DNA of 64,000 bases from Bdellovibrio sp. (GCA_036677065.1 JAKFBS010000002.1:576001-640000); one strand, 5' to 3'. Positions 31,095-41,469 are shown, counted from the first letter of the stretch. Program-made: numbers and translations. Notes: generated by a model from the sequence alone, not told the origin.

Positions 31095-31769
31095 TCATTC
31101 TAAATCGTTAAATAGTCTTTTTGTTTTCGGTAGATAATTTATAAACCAATCGCCAGCATGCTTTGATACCTGCTCTAATGTACCGGCTTCTTCAAAAAGA
31201 TGAGTTGCACCCGGAATAAGTGTTAATTTTGCATTTTTCAATTCTTTGCGGGCTTCTTCGTTATAAGTAATGACTTGATAATCTCGATCACCAACAAGCA
31301 AAAGTGTCGGCGCTGTGACGTCTTTTAAGCGCTGCATAGCTAAGTCAGGTCTTCCACCCCGAGAAACGACTGCGAAAATTTGATCTTTAAGATCTGCAGC
31401 GGCCCATAACGCGGCACCTCCTCCGGTACTGGCTCCGAAGTAACCGATCGAAAGATTTTTAGCGAAATCTTGTCGCTGCACCCACTTTGTTGCAGCAATA
31501 AGTCTTTTTGCCAAAAATGGAATATCAAATACATTCGCGCGATTTTGTGATTCTTGTTCTGTCAGTAAATCAAACAGCAGAGTACCTATACCAATTTCGT
31601 TTAAGCTAGTTGCCACTTGCTGATTGCGAGTACTGAAGCGGCTGCTTCCACTTCCGTGCGCAAAAATCACAAAACCATTCAGCGTATGCGGAAGATTTAA
31701 AAAACCTTTTGTTTCAATTGCATTTTCATTAGGAATTATTACTTTTTTACTTTCAAACTTTTGATTCAC
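31095..31769 (-). CDS. Dienelactone hydrolase-family alpha/beta hydrolase
   Basis: FAHGSGSSR, GYFGASTG, VSRGGRPDLA, ATHLFEE. Confidence 0.88.
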   Translation of the reverse strand: MNQKFESKKVIIPNENAIETKGFLNLPHTLNGFVIFAHGSGSSRFSTRNQQVATSLNEIGIGTLLFDLLTEQESQNRANVFDIPFLAKRLIAATKWVQRQDFAKNLSIGYFGASTGGGAALWAAADLKDQIFAVVSRGGRPDLAMQRLKDVTAPTLLLVGDRDYQVITYNEEARKELKNAKLTLIPGATHLFEEAGTLEQVSKHAGDWFINYLPKTKRLFNDLE

Positions 31770-31805
31770 TGCACACCTCGGTTAAGAAATTATCAAACAA
31801 AAAAG

Positions 31806-31821
31806 AGCAGATAACGTGCCA
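31806..31821 (-). promoter_or_regulatory. sigma54 promoter of the hydrolase
   Basis: Minus strand TGGCACGTTATCTGCT. Confidence 0.7.
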
Positions 31822-31847
31822 TTATTTAGTGGAAAATATGACTCAAA

Positions 31848-31877
31848 GTTTTGGTTTTGGTTTTGGTTTTGGTTTTG
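31848..31877. repeat. Hexanucleotide tandem repeat (GTTTTG)x5
   Basis: Five perfect copies read directly from the sequence. Confidence 0.95.
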
Positions 31878-31926
31878 CATGAAAAAAATGATTCAGATCG
31901 AAAAACATTTTAACCAGGAGCAACAT

Positions 31927-32433
31927 ATGTTTCGCAGAAATAGAGATTCAGAAAGATTACCCGTAACACGCAGATCAAACCTTTCACCCTTTTCAACCTT
32001 TTCACCGGATTTCTGGGAGCCCTCACGCTGGTTCGATGACGTCTTCAGCAGAGATCTATTACCGAGCATGCCAGAACCCCAATTTTTATCACCGGCTATT
32101 GATATTGAAGAATCCGACACCGAATATTTAGTAAGCGCAGACTTACCAGGTGTAAAAAAAGAAGACATCAATGTCGAATCATCCGGCAATCAATTAACAA
32201 TTTCAGCAGAAAGAAAATACGAAAAAACCGAGGGCCGCAGACGCGATCGCCAAGAAAGATACTTTGGCGCCTACCAAAGAACTTTCACCCTACCTTCAGG
32301 TGTTAAAGCCGATGAAATTCGTGCCGATTTCTCTAATGGCGAATTAATGGTACACATTCCAAAAGGCGAACAAAATCGCGCCAAAAAAATTGAGATTGGC
32401 GAACAAAAATCAGCAGAACAAGCCAAACATTAA
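31927..32433 (+). CDS. Hsp20/alpha-crystallin small heat-shock protein
   Basis: PAIDIEE, ADLPGVKKEDI, ERYFGAYQRTFTLP, NGELMVHIPK; AGGAG RBS before 31927. Confidence 0.93.
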   Translation: MFRRNRDSERLPVTRRSNLSPFSTFSPDFWEPSRWFDDVFSRDLLPSMPEPQFLSPAIDIEESDTEYLVSADLPGVKKEDINVESSGNQLTISAERKYEKTEGRRRDRQERYFGAYQRTFTLPSGVKADEIRADFSNGELMVHIPKGEQNRAKKIEIGEQKSAEQAKH

Positions 32434-32489
32434 ATGCTACATACCATGGTAGGTCGAATACAAAGACCTACCCTATGCGAAAGAAACTT

Positions 32490-33056
32490 ATGAAATACTT
32501 TATTAAGAGCAAGCCAGTTATTGCTATATTTTTCTTCATTATCGGCGTTGCCATAACCAGCGCCTATTGGAAGCAAAAGCCGTTCAGAAATATGCACACT
32601 GAAGCTCAGTTTGGCCCTTCGTTCAATTCAAGTTTTTTTGACGGCCTATTTAACGACGATTTTTTCGGTAAGTCGAAAAATCCATTCGCAGAAATGCAAC
32701 GTATGCAAAGACAGATGCTTAAAGAATTCAATGAGCCCGATGTTTTTCAAAATTCATTTAATAATTGGTATAAAAATAAATTTGGCGGCGGCAATATTTA
32801 CGAGTTAACACAGCGAGAAGATGAAAACTTTATTTATTATGAAATCCAACTCGAAGGTTTACATCCACAAAAAGTAGATGTCGATGTAAAAGACGGACAA
32901 GTCTTTATTTCGGGAAGTGCTGAAGCAACAACTAAAGATAGCTTAGTAGAATCTACTTTTCAAAGATCATTTCCTGTTCCACCCAACGTAGATGCCAATA
33001 AACTCACTATGGAACAGCAAGAAAGTAAAATGATCATAAAATTTCCGAAACTTTAA
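32490..33056 (+). CDS. Hsp20-family protein with N-terminal membrane anchor/signal
   Basis: N-terminal TM; FQRSFPVPPNVD...IIKFPK alpha-crystallin end. Confidence 0.75.
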   Translation: MKYFIKSKPVIAIFFFIIGVAITSAYWKQKPFRNMHTEAQFGPSFNSSFFDGLFNDDFFGKSKNPFAEMQRMQRQMLKEFNEPDVFQNSFNNWYKNKFGGGNIYELTQREDENFIYYEIQLEGLHPQKVDVDVKDGQVFISGSAEATTKDSLVESTFQRSFPVPPNVDANKLTMEQQESKMIIKFPKL

Positions 33057-34372
33057 ACCCCTTGAGGCCAAGTTTCTGGAATATCTTCACGTTTAAATTC
33101 TTGGGCAAAAGGAATCAACGCCGAAGTACGGTCTATAAAAATAAATCCATCGTAGCGGTTGGTTAACGATGTCGGCACGTAATTACCCAGCCGCTCATAA
33201 GCTGGATTATAAACAACCCCGATGGCTCTGTGGCCAAGTACTTGAGATAGCGCACTGACTTTGTCGTGGTCTTGAAGCCAAACATAAAAAGCATTCTCAT
33301 GTATTTTTTGAGCAGCTGCATGAAAGTGAGCTTCATAACTTGCTGGCCGTCCTGGAGGTACAGCCATCTTTTGAGTTGGCCCATCCCAGGCATTTGAGGC
33401 AATCACTTCACCTTGGTAAGTTGCAAACCCGACAAGTGACACGCGCTCTGCGCCCCACTTTTCGCGCGCAAGGCCTCCGATGTTAACTAAATTTTCTTTA
33501 ACCATGTCTGTCGCCCGGTAATCCCCGATATGAGTATTATGGGCCCAGACAATGCCTTTGGATTCTGGCCCGAAGCGATTAAATAATATTTCAAGAGTTT
33601 CAATCATGTGCCGGTCTCTGACATTCCAAGAATCTTCGACGCCCAAAATCATGGTGCGGTAATAGTCTTCAGCATTTTTAACAATTCTTGCGTTTTGTTC
33701 GGCATCGAAAAGTTCTTCAAAGTGATCTTTAATATTTTCAACGCGAATTTTTAACATGTCGGTAAGAACTTTTACAACTTGAGCTTCGCAACCTGCTGGC
33801 GAAAATTTTAAATGCCGTGCATACGCGCGCTCATCTCGCTGAAAGGGCGAAAAACATTCATAATGTTCACGCGCCTGACGGGCCAGGGCGGGGTTAACCT
33901 TTCGCAGTTGTTTTATAACTTCATCAATGGATTCAAATAACGAATACACATCCAGACCGAAAAAACTGGCTTTGTTGTCTTTGGATCTTGATTCATTATA
34001 TGTTTTCATCCACTGCGCTAATTTCATGACTTCGGTATTAGCCCACATCCAAGTCGGCCAGCGCTTAAAATACCCAAGTGCTTCACGCGCCGTTTCTTTT
34101 TTTAACTCAGAATGAAGAAAACGATTAAGTTCGGCACAGGGCGGCCAATCGCCTTCGACAGCAATAAAATTAAAACCATGTTGCGAAATAAGCTCTTCAG
34201 AAATCAGACGTCGCCACTCATAGAATTCTTGAGTGCCGTGACTTGCTTCGCCAAGCATCACCACTTTTGACTGAGACAATTTGGAAACCAACGCCGACAA
34301 ATCTCTACGTTCGTGCAAGGGCTGTGCATTTTCTATGATGACATCTTCTATTGAAGTTATAATTTTATTCAT
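33053..34372 (-). CDS. Erythromycin esterase-family protein
   Basis: LGEASHGT.EFY, AVEGDWP, WNVRD.HM, WAHNTHIGD, RAIGVVY. Confidence 0.9.
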   Translation of the reverse strand: MNKIITSIEDVIIENAQPLHERRDLSALVSKLSQSKVVMLGEASHGTQEFYEWRRLISEELISQHGFNFIAVEGDWPPCAELNRFLHSELKKETAREALGYFKRWPTWMWANTEVMKLAQWMKTYNESRSKDNKASFFGLDVYSLFESIDEVIKQLRKVNPALARQAREHYECFSPFQRDERAYARHLKFSPAGCEAQVVKVLTDMLKIRVENIKDHFEELFDAEQNARIVKNAEDYYRTMILGVEDSWNVRDRHMIETLEILFNRFGPESKGIVWAHNTHIGDYRATDMVKENLVNIGGLAREKWGAERVSLVGFATYQGEVIASNAWDGPTQKMAVPPGRPASYEAHFHAAAQKIHENAFYVWLQDHDKVSALSQVLGHRAIGVVYNPAYERLGNYVPTSLTNRYDGFIFIDRTSALIPFAQEFKREDIPETWPQGV

Positions 34373-34385
34373 AACGACACTAAAA

Positions 34386-34401
34386 AGCATACCCTATGCC
34401 A
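34386..34401 (-). promoter_or_regulatory. sigma54-like promoter of the esterase
   Basis: Minus strand TGGCATAGGGTATGCT, GG-N10-GC. Confidence 0.55.
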
Positions 34402-34473
34402 TTAGAGATATGGGACAGTTTGACTCAAATGAGCCTCTTGAATTTGTTTACGCCTTATTGTTAAAATAAAGTC

Positions 34474-34998
34474 ATGAAAACAATTTATTTTGCTGCCGCC
34501 AGCATGGATGGATATATTGCCGATGAAAACAATTCTTTGGAATGGCTTTTTAAAAATGGTCCAAGCGACACTAGCTTTATTGACCAATTTCTAGAAACTG
34601 TGGGTGCTATCGCCATGGGAGCATCAACGTATCAGTGGTTACTTGATAACTTGAAAGAACCTTGGCCCTACAAAGTACCTTGTCTCGTATTTACCTATAG
34701 AAACTTTAAAACGATAGATAATGCTGATGTACGTTTTGTTCATGGCGAAGTTTTATCTTACCATCAAGAACTTAAAAAACTAGCCGGTGATAAAAACATT
34801 TGGCTTATGGGGGGCGGCGATCTTGTCGGGCAGTTTTATGATGAAGGCCTGTTAGATGAAATGCATATACAGACTGTTGCTGTATTTTTAAACGACGGCA
34901 AAAAGCTATTCAATCGCAAAACTGAGAATGCTTTCAAGATAAAAGAAATTCGCCAACGAGGCGATACTTGCATTGAAGTCAGATATTTAGTTAAATAA
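34474..34998 (+). CDS. Dihydrofolate reductase-like (RibD C-terminal domain) protein
   Basis: AASMDGYIA, MGASTY, IWLMGGGDL, GLLDE. Confidence 0.88.
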   Translation: MKTIYFAAASMDGYIADENNSLEWLFKNGPSDTSFIDQFLETVGAIAMGASTYQWLLDNLKEPWPYKVPCLVFTYRNFKTIDNADVRFVHGEVLSYHQELKKLAGDKNIWLMGGGDLVGQFYDEGLLDEMHIQTVAVFLNDGKKLFNRKTENAFKIKEIRQRGDTCIEVRYLVK

Positions 34999-35002
34999 TC
35001 TA

Positions 35003-35416
35003 ATGAAAACTTGCATTATAATTTTAATGACGATGGTGTGCTCTTTGGCTATTGCAAAACCAACTGAAAACGTGGAAGGTTTTTTAAAAAGCTGCTATCA
35101 GAACTATGTAATAGCGTTTGCATCCACAGCTAAAGATAGCGAGCAAACAAGTGCCAAAATCAGAGAAAAATGTCTTTCAAAAGAATTTCGCCGATTTTGG
35201 TTTAAAATCATTTCTAAATCTAACGCTGATGCTATGTTGATCGCTCAAGAGGCGCAAAAATCCTGGAAAACAAATATCGAGATTAAAGATTTAGATCCTG
35301 AAAAAAACTCAGCTAAAGTCATTTTGGGTAAAAAAGCCGAACAACATTGTTTAGTGATCAACTATATCAACGAACCTGCTTTAAAAATTGATATAGTTTC
35401 TAAGTGCAAACCTTAA
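35003..35416 (+). CDS. Secreted hypothetical protein (possibly YbjP/DUF3828-like)
   Basis: Signal peptide; DAMLIAQE and terminal KID.V pattern. Confidence 0.5.
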   Translation: MKTCIIILMTMVCSLAIAKPTENVEGFLKSCYQNYVIAFASTAKDSEQTSAKIREKCLSKEFRRFWFKIISKSNADAMLIAQEAQKSWKTNIEIKDLDPEKNSAKVILGKKAEQHCLVINYINEPALKIDIVSKCKP

Positions 35417-35694
35417 TGCGGCTGCTGGTGGCGGTCGCGTGACATTTTTTTATGTAATTTTTTTTGCACCTTAAGTTCGTTTTTAACATCATTTACCCCA
35501 AGCACATAATCTAGGGTTTCACCGGTCATCTTTTTAACGACATCTTCTTCAACGGCTCCGCTTAAGGTCACGACACCGTCTTTAACTGAAACTTTGATCT
35601 CAGAACAATCCACATGGGGTGTCTGGGCTAAAATATCGCAGACATCTTCTTTGATTTTTTTATCGGATGGATGATGTTTTTTTTGAACTTTCAT
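35413..35694 (-). CDS. BON-domain protein
   Basis: DKKIKEDV...I.V.VKDGVVTLSG.V...GV.DVKNEL.V. Confidence 0.88.
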   Translation of the reverse strand: MKVQKKHHPSDKKIKEDVCDILAQTPHVDCSEIKVSVKDGVVTLSGAVEEDVVKKMTGETLDYVLGVNDVKNELKVQKKLHKKMSRDRHQQPH

Positions 35695-38132
35695 GACGGC
35701 ACTTCCTTTCGTTTAGAAAAAATATCGAACACAGACCACCTTGCCAGCTTATCATAGCTGCCAAAGTGTTTAAAAAACTGTCCTTTCGGAAGACTCAATA
35801 AAATAACCAGTAGCGAACTTAAAATAATTCCCCATTTTAATGAAAGCTCTAATTCGCCTGAAACCCCGATCGCAGCAGCCAGTATGAACCCCACGACAAT
35901 ATTTAAAATCCGTACTGGGCGCGCAATTTCAGATAAAGCAATAATTGAAAAAGTAACTAAAAGTGCTGAACACATATGAATTATATCTGATGCAGATTTC
36001 GGTAACTGCAAATATGTCGGCACCGCCATTAAAAGAAAACTTACAAAGCAACAACCGACAAGCCCCCATGGAATGGCCGATTTAATTTTCTGTGGTTTTT
36101 GGTTAAATTTTTCTGCCGGCAGTTCGACAATTTCTTCTGTCGTTAACGGGATACCCCGCAAAAAAGTTCTCCAGAATGGTTTACCTTCACGATGACTTTG
36201 TCGTAAAAATTGAACTGTCGCTACGACCTCATCTAGTGCCGGTGATACCATAACCAGCATGATAAATGCTGTTAACAGACAAAGAAAACACCACGCCCCG
36301 ACACCAACGGGTTGAAGAATAACCAGCACAATACTGGTGACTCCGGGCGGAATAATCATAAAGCCAAATAAAATAACCATCCAAGGCATCGTGCGCCAGC
36401 GGCGCTTATCGCCTATCATGCCAGAAACAGCATCTAATAAATAAGAAAAGGCTCCTAATCCCGCATCCGAAACCGGAAAAGCTTTAGATATATCTGATTT
36501 TAAAACAGTGGCCGTTTGTTGATCAAATACGGGATCCCAAACTGTGTTGATATGACCTAACTGATAAGCAGCCATATACCTTGCAATGAAAAAACCAAAA
36601 AAAGCCAAAGTAATAATGGGAATTCTTTGGCTCCAGCCAGAGGGATTGTAATCCCAGTTTTGCGGTGTATTTAAAACTTCTGGAACAGCATAGTAATGTT
36701 TTGTCGGCTGATAACAACTACAGAGTATAATCAGCAGGCCTAATAAGCTACCCAACGAATACGAAGTGCTCGAAGGCGCCCAAAATGCCAATGGGGCAAA
36801 TAAAATCCAAACACCAATGATGGCTGACAGCCAACGCGGCCAAGCCCACAACGTCCAAAATGTAAGGCCTGAAAGCAGTATTACAAGCATACCTGAAACT
36901 ACTTCGCTTCCTAAAACTGCTGGGTTTGATAGATGGGTGACGCTATCAGAAATTAACCATAGGCCCCACAAGATATTCATAAGATTAAGTGCATTGAGCT
37001 GGCGTATATAAATCTGTGATGGCACTTCAAAACCTGAACCTTCTCCCTGCATGCGGCCTAAGGCGCGAGCTAACCTGTTTGGAATTTCCAGTTTATTTTC
37101 TTTATACCATTTAACAGGGTCAGCTTTTAATGCGTCTAACATCAATGGAATTGTTTTTTTTAATTGATGATTCGGGTGCCAGTTTAGCAACTGCTGGGCC
37201 TGGGTAATATCTAAATCATAATGATCATCGGCAAAATCAATCATCCAGTGTTTTACAAATGGTTTACGTATAAATGGCGTATGATGTTGCAGCCAAGCTC
37301 CGGTTTTGGCAAACCACGTTGGCACTTTAAGAGAATCCCACTCGTGACTGTAAAGCAGCTGCCCGATTTTTTCTTGCAGCTGATTGTAAGACACCACCTC
37401 GGGTTCGCCCAAAAGTAAATCCAGCTGCTTCGGCAATTGTTTTCTTTTTTGCACGACTTTATCAATCGCATCAACCAGATCATTCAGATGGATAAAAGCT
37501 TGTCCTTTAGAGGAATCGCCAGGAAAAAAATGACTGGATAAATGTTTTTCATAGATACGCTCAATTTGATTTGAAATCGGAATTGAATGGCAACGATCAT
37601 CGTAAACACCCGCTATTCTTAAACTCACAATAGGAATATCACTGCCTGACCCTTTTAAGATTTTTTCGGCGGCGACCTTTGAGGCCGGGTAAGCCCAAGA
37701 TGGTTCAACTGGCGAAGTCTCTTTGATCTTTTCGCCTTTTTGCGCCGGTTTATGAACTAGCATGGTGCTTGAAAATACAAACTGCTCAACAGTGTAATTA
37801 TTTAAAGCTGTTAATAAATTTTCTGTGCCTTTGACCGTGATTTTTTCATACTGCGGGCTATCTTCTTCAGCAAAACTGTAATAGGCCGCCAAATGCACAA
37901 CCGAGGCAATGCGATTTCCATGTTTAATTTTAACCAGCTCTAAAGCCTGAGAAATACTGTTCAAAGATGAAATATCAACTTCGTAATTTTCGCTATTTTT
38001 TGAGTTGCCGGATATTTTTTGATCAAATCCGATCACTGTAAATTGCGGCGATAATCTTGCCGCTATGGCTTTGCCGATGAAGCCACTGCTGCCGGTAATT
38101 ATAAGTGTAGGTTTCTGCGTTGAATTATCCAT
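35691..38132 (-). CDS. NAD-dependent epimerase - SPW repeat - VKOR fusion membrane protein
   Basis: ITGSSGFIG, HLAAYY and YPASK; SPW-like TM pairs; VKOR-like PVSDAGLG and GAWCFLC. Confidence 0.85.
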   Translation of the reverse strand: MDNSTQKPTLIITGSSGFIGKAIAARLSPQFTVIGFDQKISGNSKNSENYEVDISSLNSISQALELVKIKHGNRIASVVHLAAYYSFAEEDSPQYEKITVKGTENLLTALNNYTVEQFVFSSTMLVHKPAQKGEKIKETSPVEPSWAYPASKVAAEKILKGSGSDIPIVSLRIAGVYDDRCHSIPISNQIERIYEKHLSSHFFPGDSSKGQAFIHLNDLVDAIDKVVQKRKQLPKQLDLLLGEPEVVSYNQLQEKIGQLLYSHEWDSLKVPTWFAKTGAWLQHHTPFIRKPFVKHWMIDFADDHYDLDITQAQQLLNWHPNHQLKKTIPLMLDALKADPVKWYKENKLEIPNRLARALGRMQGEGSGFEVPSQIYIRQLNALNLMNILWGLWLISDSVTHLSNPAVLGSEVVSGMLVILLSGLTFWTLWAWPRWLSAIIGVWILFAPLAFWAPSSTSYSLGSLLGLLIILCSCYQPTKHYYAVPEVLNTPQNWDYNPSGWSQRIPIITLAFFGFFIARYMAAYQLGHINTVWDPVFDQQTATVLKSDISKAFPVSDAGLGAFSYLLDAVSGMIGDKRRWRTMPWMVILFGFMIIPPGVTSIVLVILQPVGVGAWCFLCLLTAFIMLVMVSPALDEVVATVQFLRQSHREGKPFWRTFLRGIPLTTEEIVELPAEKFNQKPQKIKSAIPWGLVGCCFVSFLLMAVPTYLQLPKSASDIIHMCSALLVTFSIIALSEIARPVRILNIVVGFILAAAIGVSGELELSLKWGIILSSLLVILLSLPKGQFFKHFGSYDKLARWSVFDIFSKRKEVPS

Positions 38133-38314
38133 ATAGCCGAGAATTGCAAAACACAGACCCTGGCTAATGAATAAGTGTGAGGTGCATAGCCCCGAAAGTC
38201 AGAACTCTTGCCCCGTCGTTTTTTAGGGCGATTGATTCAAATTGGCACGTCTACATAGGTAAATACTCTACTGATAAACAGATTTTCAGCTAAAGAAGGT
38301 GTATACTTATAGGC

Positions 38315-40252
38315 ATGAATGACATACTAAGAATCCTTATTGTCGAAGACAATAAGGTCGACCAAATCATCATCCGAAAGACTTTAGAAAAGTCTAAACT
38401 TAATCATGTCTCTGCCCTGGCAGATAATCATGCAGACTTTTTAAATCAACTTGAAAAGTTTAAACCAAATTTAATTCTGTGTGATTATTCAATGCCAAAT
38501 TACGGGGCTCTCTATGTCTTACGATATCTAAAACAAAATAAAATCGATATTCCACTCATTATTGTCACGGGCACATTAACTGACGAGATGGCTGTCGAAA
38601 GTTTAAAAAATGGTGCTTCAGATTATGTTTTAAAAGACAAACTTGTCAGGCTACCAACGACAATCAAAAACGCCATGAAAACCACTCAGTACTTAAAAGA
38701 AAAAGCTGAAGTTGAAGACCGGCTAGAAGTCATTTCTAATACAGTACCAGCTTCGCTATCTTATATATCTGCTGATCTTATATTTTTATTCTGTAATAAG
38801 TTAAATTACGAATGGTTTCAAAAAACAATTGTCGGGTCTTCAGTCAAAAATATTTTAGGGCCCGAAGTTCACCATAAGATTTTAAAAAACAAAGCCACTT
38901 TACGAAAAGGTTTGCAAGTTAGTTTTGAGAGCTGCGTCGATCTTAAATCACGCCCAAGATATGTGAGCATTACGCTGACCCCTGAATTAAATGGCCATAC
39001 CATCAAAGGCTATGTCTGCCTTATTACCGACATCACAGAACGGATTATTTTTGAAGAAACTTTAAAAAAATCAAAAGAAGACGCCGAAGCTGCCAACAAA
39101 GCAAAAAGTCAATTTCTTGCAAATATGAGCCATGAAATACGGACTCCGTTAAATGCAATTTTAGGTCTATCAGAGATGCTTTTAACGAATCACAATAGTA
39201 TTCATCAAAGAACTTTATGGTTAAATAAAATCATTAAAAATGGTGAGTATCTAAAAAATGTCATTGATTCAGTGCTGGACTTATCTAAAATTGAAGCTGG
39301 CAAAATGAGTGTTTATATACAAAAAACTTCAATGGCTGCGATCATTGCCCAGGTAAGATCACTTTTGCAGCCATTAGCTTCTGAAAAAAAATTAAATTTA
39401 AAATTTGAAGTCTTAAACGAAATTCCAGCTTATATATTTTCGGATATATCAAAAGTAATTCATATATTACTTAATTTAGTCGGAAACTCTATAAAATTCA
39501 CATCACATGGCAACATCACGATTCAAGTGAGTGGCTTCAAAAATAAAGATAAATATTTTATTAAGTTCTTAATCAAAGATACCGGAATTGGCATACCACT
39601 AGAAACCTGTAGAAATTTATTTTTGCCATTTTCACAAGCCGACAACTCAATGACGCGAAGATTCGGCGGTACAGGGTTAGGTTTAGTTCTTTCAAAACAA
39701 TTGGCCCTGGCTCTGGGTGGCGATATTGCACTTGAAGAATCGTTACCCGGACTGGGGTCTATATTTTCTGCAACCGTTGAAGCTGGCGCGGTCGATTTTA
39801 GCCATACAATTACAAACTTTGAAAATTTGATTTCTGATCCTCATGAAAAAATTGACGAAATCATTAAATTAGCACAGCTTACAGATTTCAAAGTCTTACT
39901 TGTTGAAGATTCACCTGAAAACCAATTAGTCGTTCAAAATTTTTTAGAAACCGCAGGAGCCAAAGTCGATGTCGCTTCTGATGGCCAACAGGGCGTTGAG
40001 ATGGCCGAAAACGGTAACCACGCACTCATTATCATGGACATTCAAATGCCGATCATGGATGGCTACACTGCCGCCTCATTACTTCGTAATAACGGCTATA
40101 ATAAGCCAATCATTGCTTTTACAGCTCATGCCTTTGAAGAAGAAAAACAAAAGTGCTTGCAAATCGGATTTACAGATTTTCTTTCAAAGCCGATTCGAAA
40201 AACAGATTTACTTCAATGTGTTTCAAAATATAAAACATACAAGCTCGTCTAA
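38315..40252 (+). CDS. Hybrid sensor kinase REC-PAS-HisKA-HATPase-REC
   Basis: ILIVEDN/CDYSMP; FLANMSHEIRTPL; GGTGLGL; IMDIQMP. Confidence 0.93.
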   Translation: MNDILRILIVEDNKVDQIIIRKTLEKSKLNHVSALADNHADFLNQLEKFKPNLILCDYSMPNYGALYVLRYLKQNKIDIPLIIVTGTLTDEMAVESLKNGASDYVLKDKLVRLPTTIKNAMKTTQYLKEKAEVEDRLEVISNTVPASLSYISADLIFLFCNKLNYEWFQKTIVGSSVKNILGPEVHHKILKNKATLRKGLQVSFESCVDLKSRPRYVSITLTPELNGHTIKGYVCLITDITERIIFEETLKKSKEDAEAANKAKSQFLANMSHEIRTPLNAILGLSEMLLTNHNSIHQRTLWLNKIIKNGEYLKNVIDSVLDLSKIEAGKMSVYIQKTSMAAIIAQVRSLLQPLASEKKLNLKFEVLNEIPAYIFSDISKVIHILLNLVGNSIKFTSHGNITIQVSGFKNKDKYFIKFLIKDTGIGIPLETCRNLFLPFSQADNSMTRRFGGTGLGLVLSKQLALALGGDIALEESLPGLGSIFSATVEAGAVDFSHTITNFENLISDPHEKIDEIIKLAQLTDFKVLLVEDSPENQLVVQNFLETAGAKVDVASDGQQGVEMAENGNHALIIMDIQMPIMDGYTAASLLRNNGYNKPIIAFTAHAFEEEKQKCLQIGFTDFLSKPIRKTDLLQCVSKYKTYKLV

Positions 40253-41421
40253 AAAAAAGAACAGTTCACTGAATCTTCGTCTGGAACAGAAACAGCTGAA
40301 CCCCAATCTTTTTCAAAAATATTCAGCATCTCTTTAATAGGTGCGGCTTCTGAAAATAAAATTCCCAACTCGCGCGCATAGGCTGTCGAATTACGAGAAA
40401 AATTAACTGAACCTATATAAGATGTTACACCGTCGGCGATCATCATTTTAGAATGCATATACGGATGGGTCACACTTTCAGGTTCTGGCATGACTTTGGT
40501 TTGTACTCCACCAGCAGCCAGTTCTTTTAAATGTGGATAATTTAATTTCGCACTGCCACCTTTACTGCACATGGGCACTACGACCCTAACTAAGACTCCT
40601 CTTTTTACAGCCGCAATTAACGCTGTTTGAACTTCTGCGGCACCAAGGTTTTCGACTTGCACAACCAGTGACTTCTTAGCTGATGAAATTAAACTGACAA
40701 GCTTTGCCAAAGAATTGACCGGGCTCCACACAAGATGAACAGCGCTCACGTTTGGAGTCAGACCCTGCTGGGCACTTGCATTTTGCCAATCTTGTTCAAA
40801 AACATTAATCACTTCATTTACGACAGCAGGATCATGAACAATCAAACCAAAATCGCGAGTGGTCTCGGTTAACTTTGTTAGATTAATAGCTGTAATAAAT
40901 GCTTGCGTATTATTAATGACCATAGATTTCTGATGCGAAATTGTAAATGCAGATGTACTTGCACGCACGTCAACTCCGCCGGCTTTTAATTGCTGATACC
41001 CAAAATTAAAATTTGGCAGATTAAGGCTTACGGCATCGACAATAACTTTAACTGTGACTCCCCGTTTGTGCGCTGACACTAAAGCACTGATAACATCGTT
41101 ATCAGTTATATGAAACATCGCCATACGAATAATATCGCCACTGACTGTTTTATTAATGCTTTGTAAAAACTCAACATGACCCTTTGCATTTGGAGTTACA
41201 ATTAACTGAACTGCACCACTCAGTGCTGGTATCGCTGAGGTCACAACCGGTGAACTTGCCGGTGGAATCACCGGCGGGGTTACCGGAGGAATCATTGGCG
41301 GCTCTTCGCTATTTGGAGTTTCAGTTGAAGTATAAGTTGGCGAGATAGAACTGTCTGTACCTTGGGTGCAATTGAGTAGCAAAAAACAAACAAACAAGAT
41401 TGATATAAATTGATTTTTCAT
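40249..41421 (-). CDS. Phospholipase D-family lipoprotein
   Basis: Lipobox-like LLNC, Pro-rich linker, HQKSMVIN and HSKMMIAD motifs. Confidence 0.85.
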   Translation of the reverse strand: MKNQFISILFVCFLLLNCTQGTDSSISPTYTSTETPNSEEPPMIPPVTPPVIPPASSPVVTSAIPALSGAVQLIVTPNAKGHVEFLQSINKTVSGDIIRMAMFHITDNDVISALVSAHKRGVTVKVIVDAVSLNLPNFNFGYQQLKAGGVDVRASTSAFTISHQKSMVINNTQAFITAINLTKLTETTRDFGLIVHDPAVVNEVINVFEQDWQNASAQQGLTPNVSAVHLVWSPVNSLAKLVSLISSAKKSLVVQVENLGAAEVQTALIAAVKRGVLVRVVVPMCSKGGSAKLNYPHLKELAAGGVQTKVMPEPESVTHPYMHSKMMIADGVTSYIGSVNFSRNSTAYARELGILFSEAAPIKEMLNIFEKDWGSAVSVPDEDSVNCSFF

Positions 41422-41469
41422 CTTTTAGTTGTAGTCGATTTTCTCAGATAAAGTAATAAACAAACGTAT

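Noticed and set aside
31816..31926. FWFWFWFW N-terminal extension of Hsp20
   Set aside because: Artefact of translating the hexamer repeat; the RBS points to ATG 31927.
33053..34998. Erythromycin esterase plus DHFR-like gene as a resistance cassette
   Set aside because: Both belong to broad families of mostly non-resistance proteins, and no mobile-element context is visible.
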